A stretch of 64,000 nucleotides of DNA from Camelus dromedarius (Eukaryota). Positions within the stretch are counted from its first letter, which is position 1; every line of letters begins with the position of its first letter. Below, piece by piece: positions 11,585-25,700 of this stretch. The notes under the pieces are model-generated. The model was not told the DNA's origin, made no database searches, and saw only the letters and a program-made list of their open reading frames with translations. Both the position numbers and the translations under genes were made by a program. The stretch is from the NCBI RefSeq assembly GCF_036321535.1, contig NC_087437.1:47370001-47434000 (forward strand), given 5' to 3'.

Positions 11585-13074
11585 AAACACCCTTATTGAA
11601 GCCAAGGACCAAATCACTGCCTTGGACCCATTTGACAGTAACTCTCAGAAGTAAAGCTTCAAATTTAAAAGGGGGACAATGGAAGGAGTTCTTCATTAAC
11701 AATATGTACAGAATAAATCAGTTTAACATTTACTGTGCAACTTTACAATACATAAGCAGGACACTATGCTCCTGATTTTAGAACTCCATCCAGAGTTTAT
11801 GAAATATGTTCATGAATAAACAAAGCAAAACAGGCACTAAATGGTATCTATTAACTGTTATGAACATCATAATATTATTTTTATTAATTCTCATTCCCAA
11901 GAATAGCACCTTGAACAGTGCTTTATATGTACCAAGAATTCATTAAATATTTGGGGATGAAAGTTAGGGGAGGGAGGAGGGAAATGAGGGAAAATGGAAC
12001 AAAGGCATTTTTTGCTGTAGACACAAGCTTCCCACGAAACAAGTACAACCAAACACTTCCCACTTTGAAATCTAGTTCTTTAGAAGAAAGGGAATATGAT
12101 CAACAAATTCAAATTCCTTGCATCACATCTAAGAATATGTCTCGTGGAGGAAAAAGTCAAACTTCAGGATAGTTTTACTCAGGAAAATCATTAAATATCA
12201 GAAATCAAGTCTATGTGACTTAAAGGATAATGTGTCTCACTTTATTAGGGAAAGGAAAAATTAAGTATAAAAAATGAAAATGGTCCTATACATGAACTGA
12301 CCCCTCTCCTGGTGTCATTTGTATTCTTAACTAAATTTATTCACAGTCTGAATTGCTAGATATGGTTCAGCAAACTATGATTTTAAAAAATGATACATTG
12401 GAGAAAAAGAGGTGGGACAAAGGTAATCATTTCAAACAAATTGTTTTAAACTTGCTGAGCTTTGCCCCATTCATAAATGTTGTGTTTATGTAAAATGGAA
12501 CTCACAAGAGAGCTCTTTCTTTTGCTTAACTTCTGTCCTATCACCTAATTTGCTAACATATGGTCTGAGAGTTGGACAGTTTGTGCCTAAGAACTCAAAA
12601 ATACATAACACATAAGAAATACAGAATGGCTATGATCTTGATGCAGAACATGTTGCCATCTATTGTTTGTCAGAGGAAAGAGGATGAAAATTTCAGAACC
12701 TAAATGAATAAGATGAATTAGTATCTGGGTGGCATTTGCCTCGTAAACATTCCAGTAGAAATGGAGAAACAGGACAATCCATCAACATGTTAAAAAAAAA
12801 AAAAAAAGAAAAACAAAAAGAATTTTAGTTAAATAAAAATGATTTATAACCATAGAAGTTTCTACATAGATTTCATTTGAAATGAGAGACTTAAGGATAG
12901 AGATGTTTAAGGCTTCCCAAACTTTAGGTAATGGGCCATCTGGAATTTAAGTAGGTGGAAATGGCTTTTTAGTGAATGCTGAAACCAGAGAAATTAAAAT
13001 TATCCTTTATAGCTTATGACAAGCACTCTAAAATGCTTCAAGAAAACCCCCAACAAATACAGAGATGACTTTAA

Positions 13075-13185
13075 GAACATAAGCTCCATGAGGACAGAAG
13101 TTTATACACCTTTTTCATCCACTGTATCCCTAGTGCCTAGAACCATGACTAGAACAGAGGAGGTATTCAATAAATTCTGTTTAAT
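13075..13185 (+). mobile_element. L2 3' end
   Basis: AAGCTCCATGAGGACAG..ACTGTATCCCTAGTGCCTAGAAC..TCAATAAAT. Confidence 0.7.
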
Positions 13186-15242
13186 CAATTTTATAGGATT
13201 TAATATTATATAGCAGGGAGTAAAACTAGAGGCTCCTTGGTCTATAAGGAAAATGGAAGGAATGAATGGAGGGAGGAAGAAAGGTAAGAAGGAAAGGGAG
13301 GAAAGAAGGAAGAAAGAAGAGAAGTAGAAGGAAGGACGATTTCTCTTAGTGAATAAAACAAGTAAGTTAAATACTACGCAGTCCATAAAAATACCATCAC
13401 ATCACCCTATCGACTCAGTCAATCATTTAGGAATTAATTCCACCCCAGTCACCATGGCTACTCATAGTGTCTGAAAGCTCAAATCTAAAATGTTTTGATT
13501 TATGAAGTAAATTGCAACACAGTGGGCAAACAAGTAAGCCAGTGGCATATAAATCTTCCTCAATTGTAACAGTTTCACATATGTTTTTCAAATTTAAAAT
13601 ATATCATGGAAAAATAGAGTTAAAGTAATTTACCTGGTAGAACCAGTCACATTTAGTACAATTCAAGGAGAAAGCTGAAGGAAATTTTTGTGTCATTCTA
13701 TGAAGAGCTACTGTTTTCAGCACTGTCTTACATCTATAACTTCTGAGTACACATTCTTCTTGCTGTCAGTGATGACCATCAACAAAAAAGGTGACCCTCT
13801 CAAAAAATAAATTTTGTTCTTATATAAGTGGAATGTTCACCTCAAAAGTAAAGACTTCCTTTAAATGCTGAAATCTTGGAATCAGCTTCTTCATGCTAGA
13901 ATCAGAAGTCCACAAACTATCTTCCTTGTAGAGTTGCTTTGTCATTACTGATCATAAGAATCAAATAAAAGCATAATTTCAAAAATAAACTTGTCTCTCT
14001 AGTACAAAGCTGTTCATTAAACACTGGTAGTCAATCATCAGCTTGTCCTGTTATCCCATGTTCCCACAATGTAGGCGGCCTGCTGACACGGTAACTGGCT
14101 GAGGAGTTGATGGGTTTCTCCCAGGGGCAAAAAGTGCATATCGGCCCAGTGAATGCAATCTGCTGGTAGGCTGAATCCATCACTTGTTTTCAATTTGGCT
14201 ATCAGAAATAATGAACTGTCACACTGAGCCTTTCCTCTGAACCTCTGGAAGTCACTTTCTCTACACATTGTGAGGCTTCTGTCCATGACAAAGAGCCTCA
14301 GGATACTGTAAAAGGAATTACATCAGGAACATACCACCTGTAGAAGGAGAAATCCAGGAGGCCAAATGATGCTGCACCTTTTGTGCCTCCTCCCAGATTT
14401 AAACAGAACTTCAGGCAAAATAGAGGTCTGGCCCTGGGGATATTTTTAGGGCTATCTGGCCACCACCTCCTCTGCCTCTCTCCCAAAGCACCCAACACCC
14501 CAGAAAAAGCTTCTTCTGGTGACTTGTCAATAGTTAAATTTCTTTGCTAGAGAAAAATATGAAAGAAAACTAATGTCTAGTATGCGTGTTCTATAGTAGG
14601 TGTTGTACACCCTCCCACATCAATTCTTACAGCCGTATGAAGCAGGCATTATTGACCTCATTTTATAGCACAGCAAACAGACTCCAAAGGGACAGAATAC
14701 TTTCTCAGACTCACAGAGCTGGAAGGGTAGAGTCAAATTTCTTAACCTAAATTTATTGTGTCATTCCATCCTACACTATAGGGCAAGGTAATATAATAAG
14801 TCCATGCTAAGAAAGAAATGACTAAACAAAAAGATTAATATATGATTTTCCCATAATATCTAGTCTTAACAGGAAAAAAGAGAAAATAATACTGGGTGAC
14901 TGTAAGAGTAGCCCAGTCACAGGACGTAAAAGGACTCTTGGAGCACTATGACAACCTTCACCTGTATTCAAAGTTACCCCTAAATACATCTGTAGCCTTG
15001 AGTATAGATATAAACAGAATTGTGTTGAGTTTATTCTGTTGCCAGTGGCACTAGTAAGTAAAGATCAACTATGAGTCATACCTAAGGACCATAGTAATTG
15101 GGGTCAAGGTTTTATTTGCTTCAGGAAAGACAAAAAAAAAAATTGGTCAATTCAGTAAACCTGGGATTGTCCTAGGCCCAAACAAAAGGGTCAGGGTGAG
15201 GCAGAGAAGTGAAAATAGACCAACCTAGCCTTTGGGTCCTCA

Positions 15243-15447
15243 CAGAGCTTTCCAAGAGAACAATCTACAATGATGGAAATGGACTGTATCTGTGCTATGC
15301 AATACAATAGCCACCAGGCACATGTGGCTCCTGAGTACTGGAAATGTAACTAGCACAACCGAGGAAATGTGTTTTTAATTTTATTTAGTTTAAATTATTT
15401 AAATTGAAATAGCCATATATGGCTAGTGGGTACCATTTGGGCAGATT
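15243..15447. mobile_element. MER3-like hAT-Charlie DNA transposon (MITE)
   Basis: AATGATGGAAAT..TATCTGTGCT..TAGCCACCAGGCACATGTGGCT..TTTTAATTTTATTTA..TAGCCATATATGGCTAGTGG. Confidence 0.75.
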
Positions 15448-15892
15448 AGCTCACATAGCCACATGGACCCTTGCCTCCTCATGGCATCCTCCCTGATGTG
15501 TTGATCACCCAGCTTTAACCCAAGCCAGACTCAGACCCAAAAGGTGGCCTAGGCTGGACAAGCATTGGCAAGTGTCACTAAAAGTGAGGAATGTGTAAAG
15601 GAAAGAAAAGCAGAGGAAGTGTCAACAATGTCTCTGTTTCATTTTCTTTCTCTGAGTCCCTAAAATTGTCAGTTTGACATTTGTTCAGCAAAATTTCAGT
15701 CAGTGCAGGAATGAGCAAGACAGTGTTGACCCTCTAGATCACAGCCTAGCAGTGACAAAGGTGATGCTTGGGCCAGCTAGGGGCTGGTCAGGCAAGGAAG
15801 CATGGAAAGGACTCACATATGAAAAGAAGGGAAAGCAAGCAAGGCCTATTTGGAGAGGTAAAAGTAGGTTAGCATGACCAGAGCACAAGTGT

Positions 15893-16237
15893 TGTTATGG
15901 GCTGAATTGTGACCCCCCCAAAAAACTCGTACATGAAATTCTAACCCCCAATACCTCATAATGTGACTGCATTTGGAAATAGAGCCTTGAAAGAGAGAAT
16001 TAAGTTGAAAAGGAGTCATCAGGGTGGGTCCTAATCTGATATGACAGGTTTATTTATAAGACGAAATATGGACACAGACACAAGGGGAAAAACTATGTGA
16101 AGACATCTCCATCTGCAAGCCAAGGAGAGAGGCCTCAGAAGAACCTAACCCTGCTGACACCTTTTTCTTGCACTCCTGGCCCCCAGAACTGTGAGAGAGT
16201 AGATTTCTGTTGTGATGGCAGCCCTAGCACATTAGCA
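15893..16237 (+). mobile_element. MaLR LTR (MLT1A/B-like)
   Basis: TGTTATGGGCTGAATTGTG..CTAACCCCCAATACCTC..CAAGCCAAGGAGAGAGGCCTCAGAA..GGCAGCCCTAGCA. Confidence 0.85.
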
Positions 16238-16899
16238 TGAGTATTCGTACAAGGAATAAGCCTAAAAAGTCACCCTGGGACAAGTTCATGGGTGATCTTG
16301 ATGTCATGCCAAAGAATTGAAGATTTATCCTAAAAATAACTGAAGGCTTTTAAGCAGGCAAATGACATGATCTGGTTTGCTTCTTCTTTTTTTTAAGTTA
16401 ATTGTATGTGTTGGATTTTAACCTGCCTTGACCCTAGTCATCTGCTGATATTTGGCTTGCTAGCCTCCAGCCTTGGTTCTGATATTACTTTAAATATTAC
16501 ATGACAGCAGGTATAGCTGCGATAAAACAGACAGTTATTCTTTAACTCTCTGATACTTGTCACGGGTCAGTAGACAGTCCTGTCTTAACATGTTTTCAAA
16601 GCCTGTACTCGCTGCACCTGGGTCAGACATGATTATTTCATATTCACTGAATAAAATTCCCTAAGTGCCTAAATGACTCTAAGATAGAAGAAGTTCAGCA
16701 AAAGGGGAAGGCACATTAACTCTTTCAAGTCACTAGGCTACCATTTAATGCATTATTGCAAATGCACTTTCAAATAAATAACAGGTTGTAAGAGGCATTG
16801 AGACAATTCGCCCCCTTAAGCTGACTTTAGACAGGCAGCTCTGAGCCATATGCTGGATGACTATGATGTAAGGAGGCTTTAAAACAAAAATAGACTAGA

Positions 16900-17012
16900 A
16901 AATTTAAGTGCAAATGAGTACTGTCATCTTGGGAGTCAATTTGCTTATTCCAAAACCCTTCCAGTTACTTAGAATACTTTGGAAACTCTCCTTCTGGACA
17001 TGTCTCCAGAGC
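16900..17012. mobile_element. Possible MARNA-like mariner fragment
   Basis: Recalled resemblance only (GTCATCTTGGGAG..CTTATTCCAA..TTTGGAAACTC..CAGAGC). Confidence 0.4.
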
Positions 17013-17842
17013 TGGGTGATGAGACCTCCAGTTCTCAAGTCTCACTTGGGATCTATCTGCAGCCAACAAAAAGGGAGAATCTGCTCCATCTGGGGAGCAG
17101 AGGGCCCACATCCAGGCTTCCTGGAAGCAGATACTTCCCAAGCTAAGATAGCCATGCTTTTGAGAGGTTGGAGGACCTGGACCTTTACCTGCACCTGCAC
17201 CTGCACCTGGAAACTGGGCAGAGATCCCTTGAAGAATAAGAAGCCCCAGTGTTTATTTGGCATCTTTCATGGCATGTTGCTTTCTTGATTTCCACAATAA
17301 CCATGCCTTAGGGGAGGCCAGAGGCTGAGGAAGAGATAGGAGGATATGAAGAGGTTTCCTGAACAACAGGATCATGGTTATATCATGGCACATCTGTACT
17401 TAATGAAAGGGAATATGCTACTTCTTCTGAATCCCTAACTGCCAGCCAATGAACAGAACTCATGGATCCCAATTTGAACTTCTCCTGTTCCTTGACTTTC
17501 CTCCATACAGTTTCCTCTAAATATGATTGTCCTCCTTTCTATGCATCCTTAAACCCTACTTCTTCTCTCAGGTCAATTCGAATGCTACTTCCTTTATCAA
17601 GTCATTTCTAAACTCCCCAGCAAGAATTAATTAAGTCTTTCTCTAAATTCCCCTAGCCACTCTTTCATCCTTATATATAGTACAGTCATTTATAGTCTTC
17701 TACTGAAGGATGAGCTTCCTAAAGTCAGAGGCTATATGCCATTCATTCTGGTATCCTCCAATTTCTAAAGCAATGCCTAGAATAGAAAACAAAAGCTTCT
17801 GAATAAATCAATTAAAAGGAAGAAAAATCATAATAGTGTCAG

Positions 17843-18190
17843 TGTCTTAGTTCAGGCTACAATAAAAATACCATGGATTGGGTGGCTTAAACAATATACA
17901 TTTATTTCTCACAGCTATGGAGACTGGGAAGTTTGAGATCAGGGTGCCGGTATGGTCAGATTCTGGTAAGAGACCTTTTCCTAGTTTGCAGATGGCCATC
18001 TTCTTGCTGAGTCCTCACAGGGAAGAAAGAGAGAGATCACCTCTCTCGTCTTATAAGGACACTAATCCCATTCATGATGGTTCCACCCTCATGACCAAAT
18101 TACCTGCCAAAGACTCTATCTCCTAATGTTATCACATTGGGATTATGCACCAACATAAAAATCGGAGGAGGACAAAATACTCAGTCAATG
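17843..18190 (-). mobile_element. MaLR LTR (MLT1A/MST-like)
   Basis: TGTCTTAGTTCAGGCT..GGGTGGCTTAAACAA..TTTATTTCTCACAG..TCTTATAAGGACACTAATCCCATTCATGA. Confidence 0.85.
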
Positions 18191-18749
18191 TAATATTCTC
18201 CAATTATTAGCATGAAGGGTGTGAACAGACTGTAATAGCATAAGATCAAGACCCAGAAGGACAGAAGCAAAGGAACAGATCAAGCAAAAAGGCCATGAAA
18301 CCATGAGGAAACAGCTTGACACAGATTCTGAATCAGAGAGGCAGGCATACCTCAAGACACGACCAAACTAAAACCAACAATAGAGTACAGAACACAGAAA
18401 TAAAGAAAACTTTAATGACAAAGCAAATTTCTACCTCAGGATCCAAGCCCCTTTATCATCTGCAAGACATGATAAAAGCTAGTTGCGTTCCAAATGTCAT
18501 CTTCATATGATGGTTATTTAGAATTTAGAATATAGTTTCCCATAGAAATAATGCTAAAATGGAAATAAGTTATGCAGACAGCCTGAAATTCTATTTAATT
18601 CATGACATACCTGAAGGACATAATAAAGAGAACTATTTCAACTACAAGTGACCACCGTTTATAGAATAAATAAATGCTTTGAAAAATAAGGGGAAATTTC
18701 CCGTTTGGATTTAAATGGAAAAAGTTTATTATCTTTCCCATGAATTAAA

Positions 18750-21700
18750 ATTAAAAACTCTGGAAAGAAATAATAAAGCAACTATCTGAAAACTGAAAAG
18801 TTAATAACAGCATGTGAAATGATCAGGGAAATCAAACCTTGAGGAATGATCAATATGGTAGTGAGTTTCATAGTTTTCTTTTCCTTTCCTATACCTCCTT
18901 ACTCAGACACAGACAGCATGAATCATAGAACTTCATAGCAAAAATCTCCAAAAGAAACTTCTTTCTAGCTGAAGGACAAGAGATGGAGGTGGGAGCCTAC
19001 GCGACAGAGAGTATAGGGAAAATACACCCCACACCTTACTCTCCTGGCCCTTCCTTGAAGCAAATCCACAGGCAGCACCCTGCGGCAGAAGCAGTGTGCA
19101 GGCACTAAAACTGTGAGAGAAAATCTTCTCTTTGATTAGAGAAACTTGGAAATGAGGTTGATGAGCTCTGAACAATGTAGGGAGAATCCCTGTGATTTTT
19201 CCCTTTTTCTCTTGCTGTTTCATCACTGAGGCAGATTTGGTTGAGGGAAATAGATGACAGTGCAAAGAAGATAAAACCCCAGCTTTGCAACTAGAGGTCT
19301 ATGAAAAGGGGTATCATATAACTGGAGGGTTTGGGAGCTAAAGAGAAGAGAGAGGACCCCCTAAGTCTACGCATGATGTCCTGGGTTCATGCATGAGCTG
19401 CACATGTGTGGAACTGATCCAAAGCAGAAGAGCAAAGGCTTTGAGAATGAACCTACAGAACAGACCACCGCTGAGGTCACAGACTGGCCTCTGGTTGGAA
19501 AACAAGCAGAGCTTGTTCAGGTCTCCTCCTCGCTCATCTGATGCAGGTCTCACACAGGGATGGAGCCCTAAAAAGGCTCTAAAAACTAAATTGACATCAG
19601 ATCCACAGCCCGCAGAAGATGGATTAGAACTTCTTGTCTAAATTGAACCAGGTTGACTGTTGACTTTCTCCAGAGCATTTTAATAGGACCCAAATACCAT
19701 AATACTGTAATACTCATACTATAATACTCATAATACTATATTCAAAATGTCCAGGACACAATACATCATTAATCAAAATCTCAACTACTCTCAGTGTAAA
19801 AGACAGTCAACAGATGGCAATCCCGTGATGACCAGATGTTGGAATTACCAAAGACTTTAAAGTAGTTATTGTAAACTAAGCTCCATGAAGGAAGAGCAAG
19901 CTCTCTCAAATGAATGGAAAGACAGAAGTGCTCACCAAAGAAATAGAAACTATATACAATGACAAATAAATGCAAATTTGGGGATTAAAGAATATATTAA
20001 CTAAAATAAAATATTAATGAGGTGGACTCAAGAAAAAAAAATAAAGAGTGAAAGAACTGAATAAAGATCTATAGAAATTATCCAATCTGAACAACAGAAA
20101 GAAAAATTGCGGGAAAATGAACAGAGTGACAGAAATTTGTCAAATAATCTCAAAATTCTAGAATTCAGATCATTCGAATCCTAAAAAGAAAAAAGAAAGA
20201 ATTTCTGAAGAAAAAATTTCAAAAAATAATGGCTTACATTTTCCAAAATTTGGTGAAAGATGTAAATTTACATACTTCAAGAAGTTCAGTGAACCTCAAC
20301 AGTATAAACTCAAAGAATAAGAATCCTAGATACATCATAATCAAATAACTAAACACCAATTTTTTCAAGAAAAAAAATAGAAAAAGTCAAGAGTAAAATA
20401 TCACAATAAATATAGGGAAACAATGGTTCAAGTGACTAAAGATTTCTTATCAGAAACCATGGAGGACAAAATACAACGGAACATTTTATACACAGTAAAA
20501 GAACTACCAACCAGAGAAAATATCCCTCACAGATGAACAGGGAAAAAAGATATCATCAGGTGAAGGAAAGCTAAGAGAATTCATCAGCAGTTGATCTGCT
20601 CTAAAAGAAATACTAAAAGAAGTTTTTGAGGCAGCAGGGAAATTATAACAGAATGAAACTTGGAATTTCAGGAATAAAGAAGAAATAACATAAGTAGTAA
20701 ATATCTAGGTGAAAAAGCCATACTTATATTACATTCTTTAAAATATCTATGACAGTATGACTATTAAAAGCAAAAATGATAACATTGTCTGGTGGGGTTT
20801 AAAATTATGTAGATGTCATACACATGTCATCTACAACAAAAAGAATTCAAATAATCGAAAAGCGGTCAGGAAAGGAAAAACAGGAAAATGAAAAATAGAG
20901 GGGACAAACAGTAAACAAATTAAATATTGTCGGACCTATATCCAACCATAATTGTCAATAATTACACTGAAAGCAAATGGTCTGAATATACTAATTAAAA
21001 TAGGTTGTCAAAATAGATAAAATATAAGACCTATAGGGTAAAAGTACAATGATGGGAAAAGATCTACCACAGGAACACTACTCACAAGAAAGCCAGAAAG
21101 TTATATTAATATCAGACAAAAATGAAATTTTAGAACATGGAAGGTTACCAGGGATAAAGAAGATCAATACATAATGATAAAAGAGTCAATTCATACCAAG
21201 AAGATACAGCAATCCTAAATTTCTATGCACCTGAAATATAGACCTTGAAAATAACCAACACAAAAGCTAATAACTGAAAGAAGAAATAGACAAATCCACA
21301 TTATATTTGGAGACTTCAACATTTCTCTCTCAACAATCAAAAGAACTGAAAGAAAAATCAGGAAAAAATATGGAAGAACGGAACACCATCATACAACTGG
21401 GCTGATTTAATTGACATTTACCAAACACTCCACTCAACAACAGCAGATTACATATTCCTTCAAATGCACATGAAACATTCACCGAGAGGACATTTTCTAC
21501 CTGTAACATGAACCTTAAGAAATTTAAAAGAATGGAAATCATACAAAATATGTTTACTTACCATAATGGAACTAAACTAGATATCATAACATAGAGGTCT
21601 GAAAAAAATCCCCAAACATTTGGAAATTAAACAGTATATTTCTGAATAATCCTTGGGTCAAATAAGAAGTCTCAAAAGAAATTAGAAAATATTTTGAATT

Positions 21701-23400
21701 AAATTAAAATACAACTCATCAAAATTTGAGGGATATAGCTAAAGCAGTGCTTAGAGGAGAAATTTATAGTATTAAATGCTATTATTATAAAAGGAGAAAG
21801 ATCTCAAATCAATAAGGTACACTTCCACTTAAGAAATTAGGTAAGAGAAAACTAAACCCCAAACAAGTAGAAAAAAAGAAATGATTACAATACCAGAAAC
21901 CAATGAAAGTGAAAAAAGAAAACAAAGAAAATGAAATTAAATCAAAACTTCATTCTAAGTAACCTATAATGAAAAAAAAACCAATAAAGAAAACCAATAT
22001 ATGTATGTATATGCACAGCTGAACTACTATGCTAACACCAGAAATTGACACATTGTAAACTGATTATACTTCAATAATAAAAGTTGGTTCTATAAAGAAA
22101 TCAATACATTTGATAAATATCTAGCCAGACAGATCAATTTTTTTAAAAAAGCAAAGATATAAATTATTTATATCATGAATAAAAGAGGATATGTTACCAT
22201 TTACTTCAGAAACACTAAAAGGAAAATAAAAGAATACTAAAAAGCAACTCCATAGCTATAAATTCAATAACATGAGTAAAATCAAGCAGTTTCTGGAAAG
22301 ATTCGAATAACCCAAAACCTACTAAAAAAGAAATAAATAACCTAAATATTCCTATATCTACTAAAGAAATTGAATTTGTAATTAAAATCCTCCTGGCAAA
22401 GGAAACTCCAGATCCAAATGCTTTTACCAATGAATTCTACCAATTGATTTTTGAAAAGATGCAAAGGAAGACTCAACAGAGAAAGAATAATTTTCACAAC
22501 AAATGGTGCTGGAACAATAGGCATAAATATTCCCCCCAGAAAGAATCTTGACCTATATTTCACACTTTATGCGAAAATTAACTTGAAATGCATCATAGCT
22601 TTAAAATGTAAATCAGAAAACTGTAACACTTTTGAAGAAAACACAGGAAAAAATCTTTATGAACTTGGGTACAAAGAGTTTTCAGATACAACACCAAAAC
22701 CATGATCCATTGAAAAAAAACTGATAAATTAGTCTTCATCAAAAGCTTGGTGAAAGACACTATTAAGAGAGTGAAAATACAAGGTACACATTGAGAGAAA
22801 ATATTTGTATATCACATTCCCATGTATTGTGAATATATAAAGAACACTTGAAACTCAGCAAGAAAACAAAAAAAGGGCATAAAATTTGAACAGACATTTC
22901 ATAAAAGAAGAGGTATAAATGACAAAAAAGCAAATGAAAAGATGCTCAGCATCATTAGACATTATGGAAATGCAGACTGAAACCACAAAAAGATAACTAC
23001 ACTTCTAAGAGAATAATTTCGGGGGGTTTTTTGAGCAACTAGAATTCTCATACATTGCTGGTGGGAATGCAAAATGGCATAACCACTTGGGAAAACAATT
23101 TGGTAGTTTCTCAGAAAGTTAAATATACATTTACCATATGATTCAGAGTCAGAAATTTCACTCCTAGTATTTATATTAAAAAGCTGAAAATTAATGTTGC
23201 AAAAAAACTTTAATACATAGTTTTAAATGTTTTAAAGAGTATTAAAGAATTTTAATACATGGTACAGCAGGACAGAATTTGGCAGGACAAGGGAACTTTT
23301 CTGTATCCTGGTTGTGATGGTGGGTACATGATTTCTGCATTTGTCTAAATGTTTTCATTAAAAAAATAAAATATAACAACATAAAAATAAAGGGAAATAA
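18750..23400 (+). mobile_element. Old L1 (L1MC/MD-like) with 5' region, ORF1 and ORF2 remnants; large internal deletion near 22445
   Basis: ORF1-like text at 19.8-20.6 kb, endonuclease-region text (TATGCACC, TGGAGACTTCAAC, TGGAAATTAAAC) at 21.2-21.7 kb, a jump from GAATTCTACCAA to TTGATTTTTGA, and a 3' end at ~23.4 kb. Many stops. Confidence 0.85.
21957..22083 (+). mobile_element. Short young L1 3' end nested in older L1
   Basis: TAACCTATAATGAAAAA..CACCAGAAATTGACACATTGTAAACTGATTATACTTCAATAA resembles the L1 tails at 9.5 and 11.5 kb. Confidence 0.75.
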
Positions 23401-25429
23401 ACTTCGAATGGAACAGATTCTCTAATTCTCTGTTCCTCACTCACTTCAGCATCAATAACTGCCAGAAACAGATTTGAGTACCATTTTGGTGGGAGGGGCA
23501 GAGCAGGGAAAGACAGGGCTAGGGCTGGCCTTTCTGGACTCTATATCTTTATGCTTTTATAATAAAAGATCTTTCCAGTTCATTTACTCTTTTTCCTAGT
23601 AGTGAAAATGGGGACCAGTGGGCCACTGTCTCTATAAGGAAATGAAGAGGAAAAGTTGACTTTGTTTGCATGGGCAAATCCTTCCTAAATTGGCTATTCT
23701 TAAATCAAGCATATACTGATATAGTACATTTCTTTCACTGCACCTAGAAAAGCCTGACACCATCAAAGTAAAAACTTGATTCTGCTATTTAAAAATAAAA
23801 GTCTATTACTACTTAATCAAACAACTTAACAAAACTCTCTACTCTCATGTTGGTCCTAAATTGAATAGAAACATTTTTGTTTATTTTTAAACCTAATTGT
23901 ATTTTGTGGATTTCTGTAGGTTACCTAATTCTTTCTTTGAATGAGTAGAATAATTGTTTTTTAGCTTTAATTACTTCTCTTCGTATTTAATAGCCATTTG
24001 TGTGCTTGCATGTTCTGTTACATACTTGACTACCTCAGTCTTACTTGCTTATAACCATAATTTTCTATTATACAGAAAAAGAAATTGTTTCTGCTGTCTT
24101 TTTATTGTCTTAAATAGGTTTTGGTACAGTAAAATCAAATTTCCTTGGTTTAAAATATTTTACTGTATTGTCATAGCATTGAATATTCACTGACGACAAT
24201 CTTCTAGAATGGATTAAAACACTGCTACAATAGTTCTTTTAGCTAGTCTGAATACTCTAAAAATTGACATTCTTAACATCTCTCTAGTATGAAACTTCAA
24301 TCTACAAATCAGACTCATCAATCAGAGGCAGCTTGGGTTAGATTATTTTATCTTCACCTTAGATCCTGCAAAAACCACAGAATTGATATACTGGGCAACA
24401 GACCTGATAAAAATACAACAGAGGTTATCTCACATGACTTTAACTAAGTAGCAAAACCGAGAGGGAAAAATAAAATCTCTCCCTAGAACCTTACACAAAT
24501 ATGAAAGAATTCTTCAAGTATGTAAGACATGAAGACATTGGCTCAAAAATAAATTATGATTTAGAATGTAGAAAGCCATTAAATAGCACTAGAAAACAAT
24601 GGGATAAACTGGAAAATACTTGGAGAAAAACTATGTAACTGAAGTTGCCTCTAAGTCTTTCTTTATTAACATACTAAGCTAAGAGATGAATCGATTCTTT
24701 CCCTTAAAACAAAGCTATCAGTCGAAAGGCTACTCTTTTTCAGAAGTTCTTGAGAAGTGACTGGCAGGTAGGTCAAAGGCATAGTGTGCTCACTTGCTCT
24801 GCCTTCATCCTGCTCTCCAGACTCCACTTTGGACATGTTATCCCTCTTTGTGCCATCACCTCAACCTCAAGCCATGCTCAGAAATCACTAACCCTGACAC
24901 TTCTGTTGTCACCCTGTTATTCTGACAGGTTCTTCAACTACCTCATTGAGTATCCACACAAGGCATCTTACTCAATTATCAAAAATAATAAATATAACAC
25001 AACAATACTCAGAGAGTGCTATCTATTCCTTCCTTCATTTAACGAATAGATTTTGAGCTGGTTTTAGGTATGTTGCCTCCACCAAGGGCTAGAGAAGTGA
25101 TGAACAAGACAGAAGTGATCTATGTTTTCATGGACTATAAAGTCTTGTATGTAAAAGAGGCCTTAGAAAATAACTGCACAGATAATTATTAGCTGTGATA
25201 TACATTCTGAAAGAAAAGTGCAGGGTGAACTGAGAGCATGTAACAGAAAGACTTCTTTGTCTGGGAAAGCTAAGAATTCCCAAAAGAAATAACATTCAAC
25301 AGAGTGTTATCTATACTGTGACCTGAAGAGGGGGACAGGTGGAAGGAGGATCTGGAGCATGGACCTGGAAAGGAGTAAGGAGACAGAACTAAGTAGCAAG
25401 AAGTTGACCTGTATTATGTTATTGAATGT

Positions 25430-25700
25430 GCAAAATGAGAACTTGACATGTAGTCAGAGGAAACAGGTTTCTGATCCAGCTTTGCCACTTAGTTGCCATG
25501 AAACCTTGGGTAATTCACTTAATCTTTCTTATCTTCAGTATATCCATCTCTTGGGGGGGGGGGGCGAGGGTACTTTTTTTATTACAGTATCTTATCTCCA
25601 GTATATTCACCTATAAAACGAAGGTAATAACTGTCCCATAAATCTCACAATGTTGTCAATACCATCACTTAGCATAACAACTGGCACACAAAAAAATACA
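25430..25700 (+). mobile_element. MIR with local duplication/insertion
   Basis: CAGCTTTGCCACTTA..ACCTTGGGTAATTCACTTAATCT..CTATAAAACG core. Confidence 0.65.

Noticed and set aside
14038..14286. 82-aa minus-strand ORF after a strong acceptor
   Set aside because: No recognisable homology; kept only as a possible non-coding exon.
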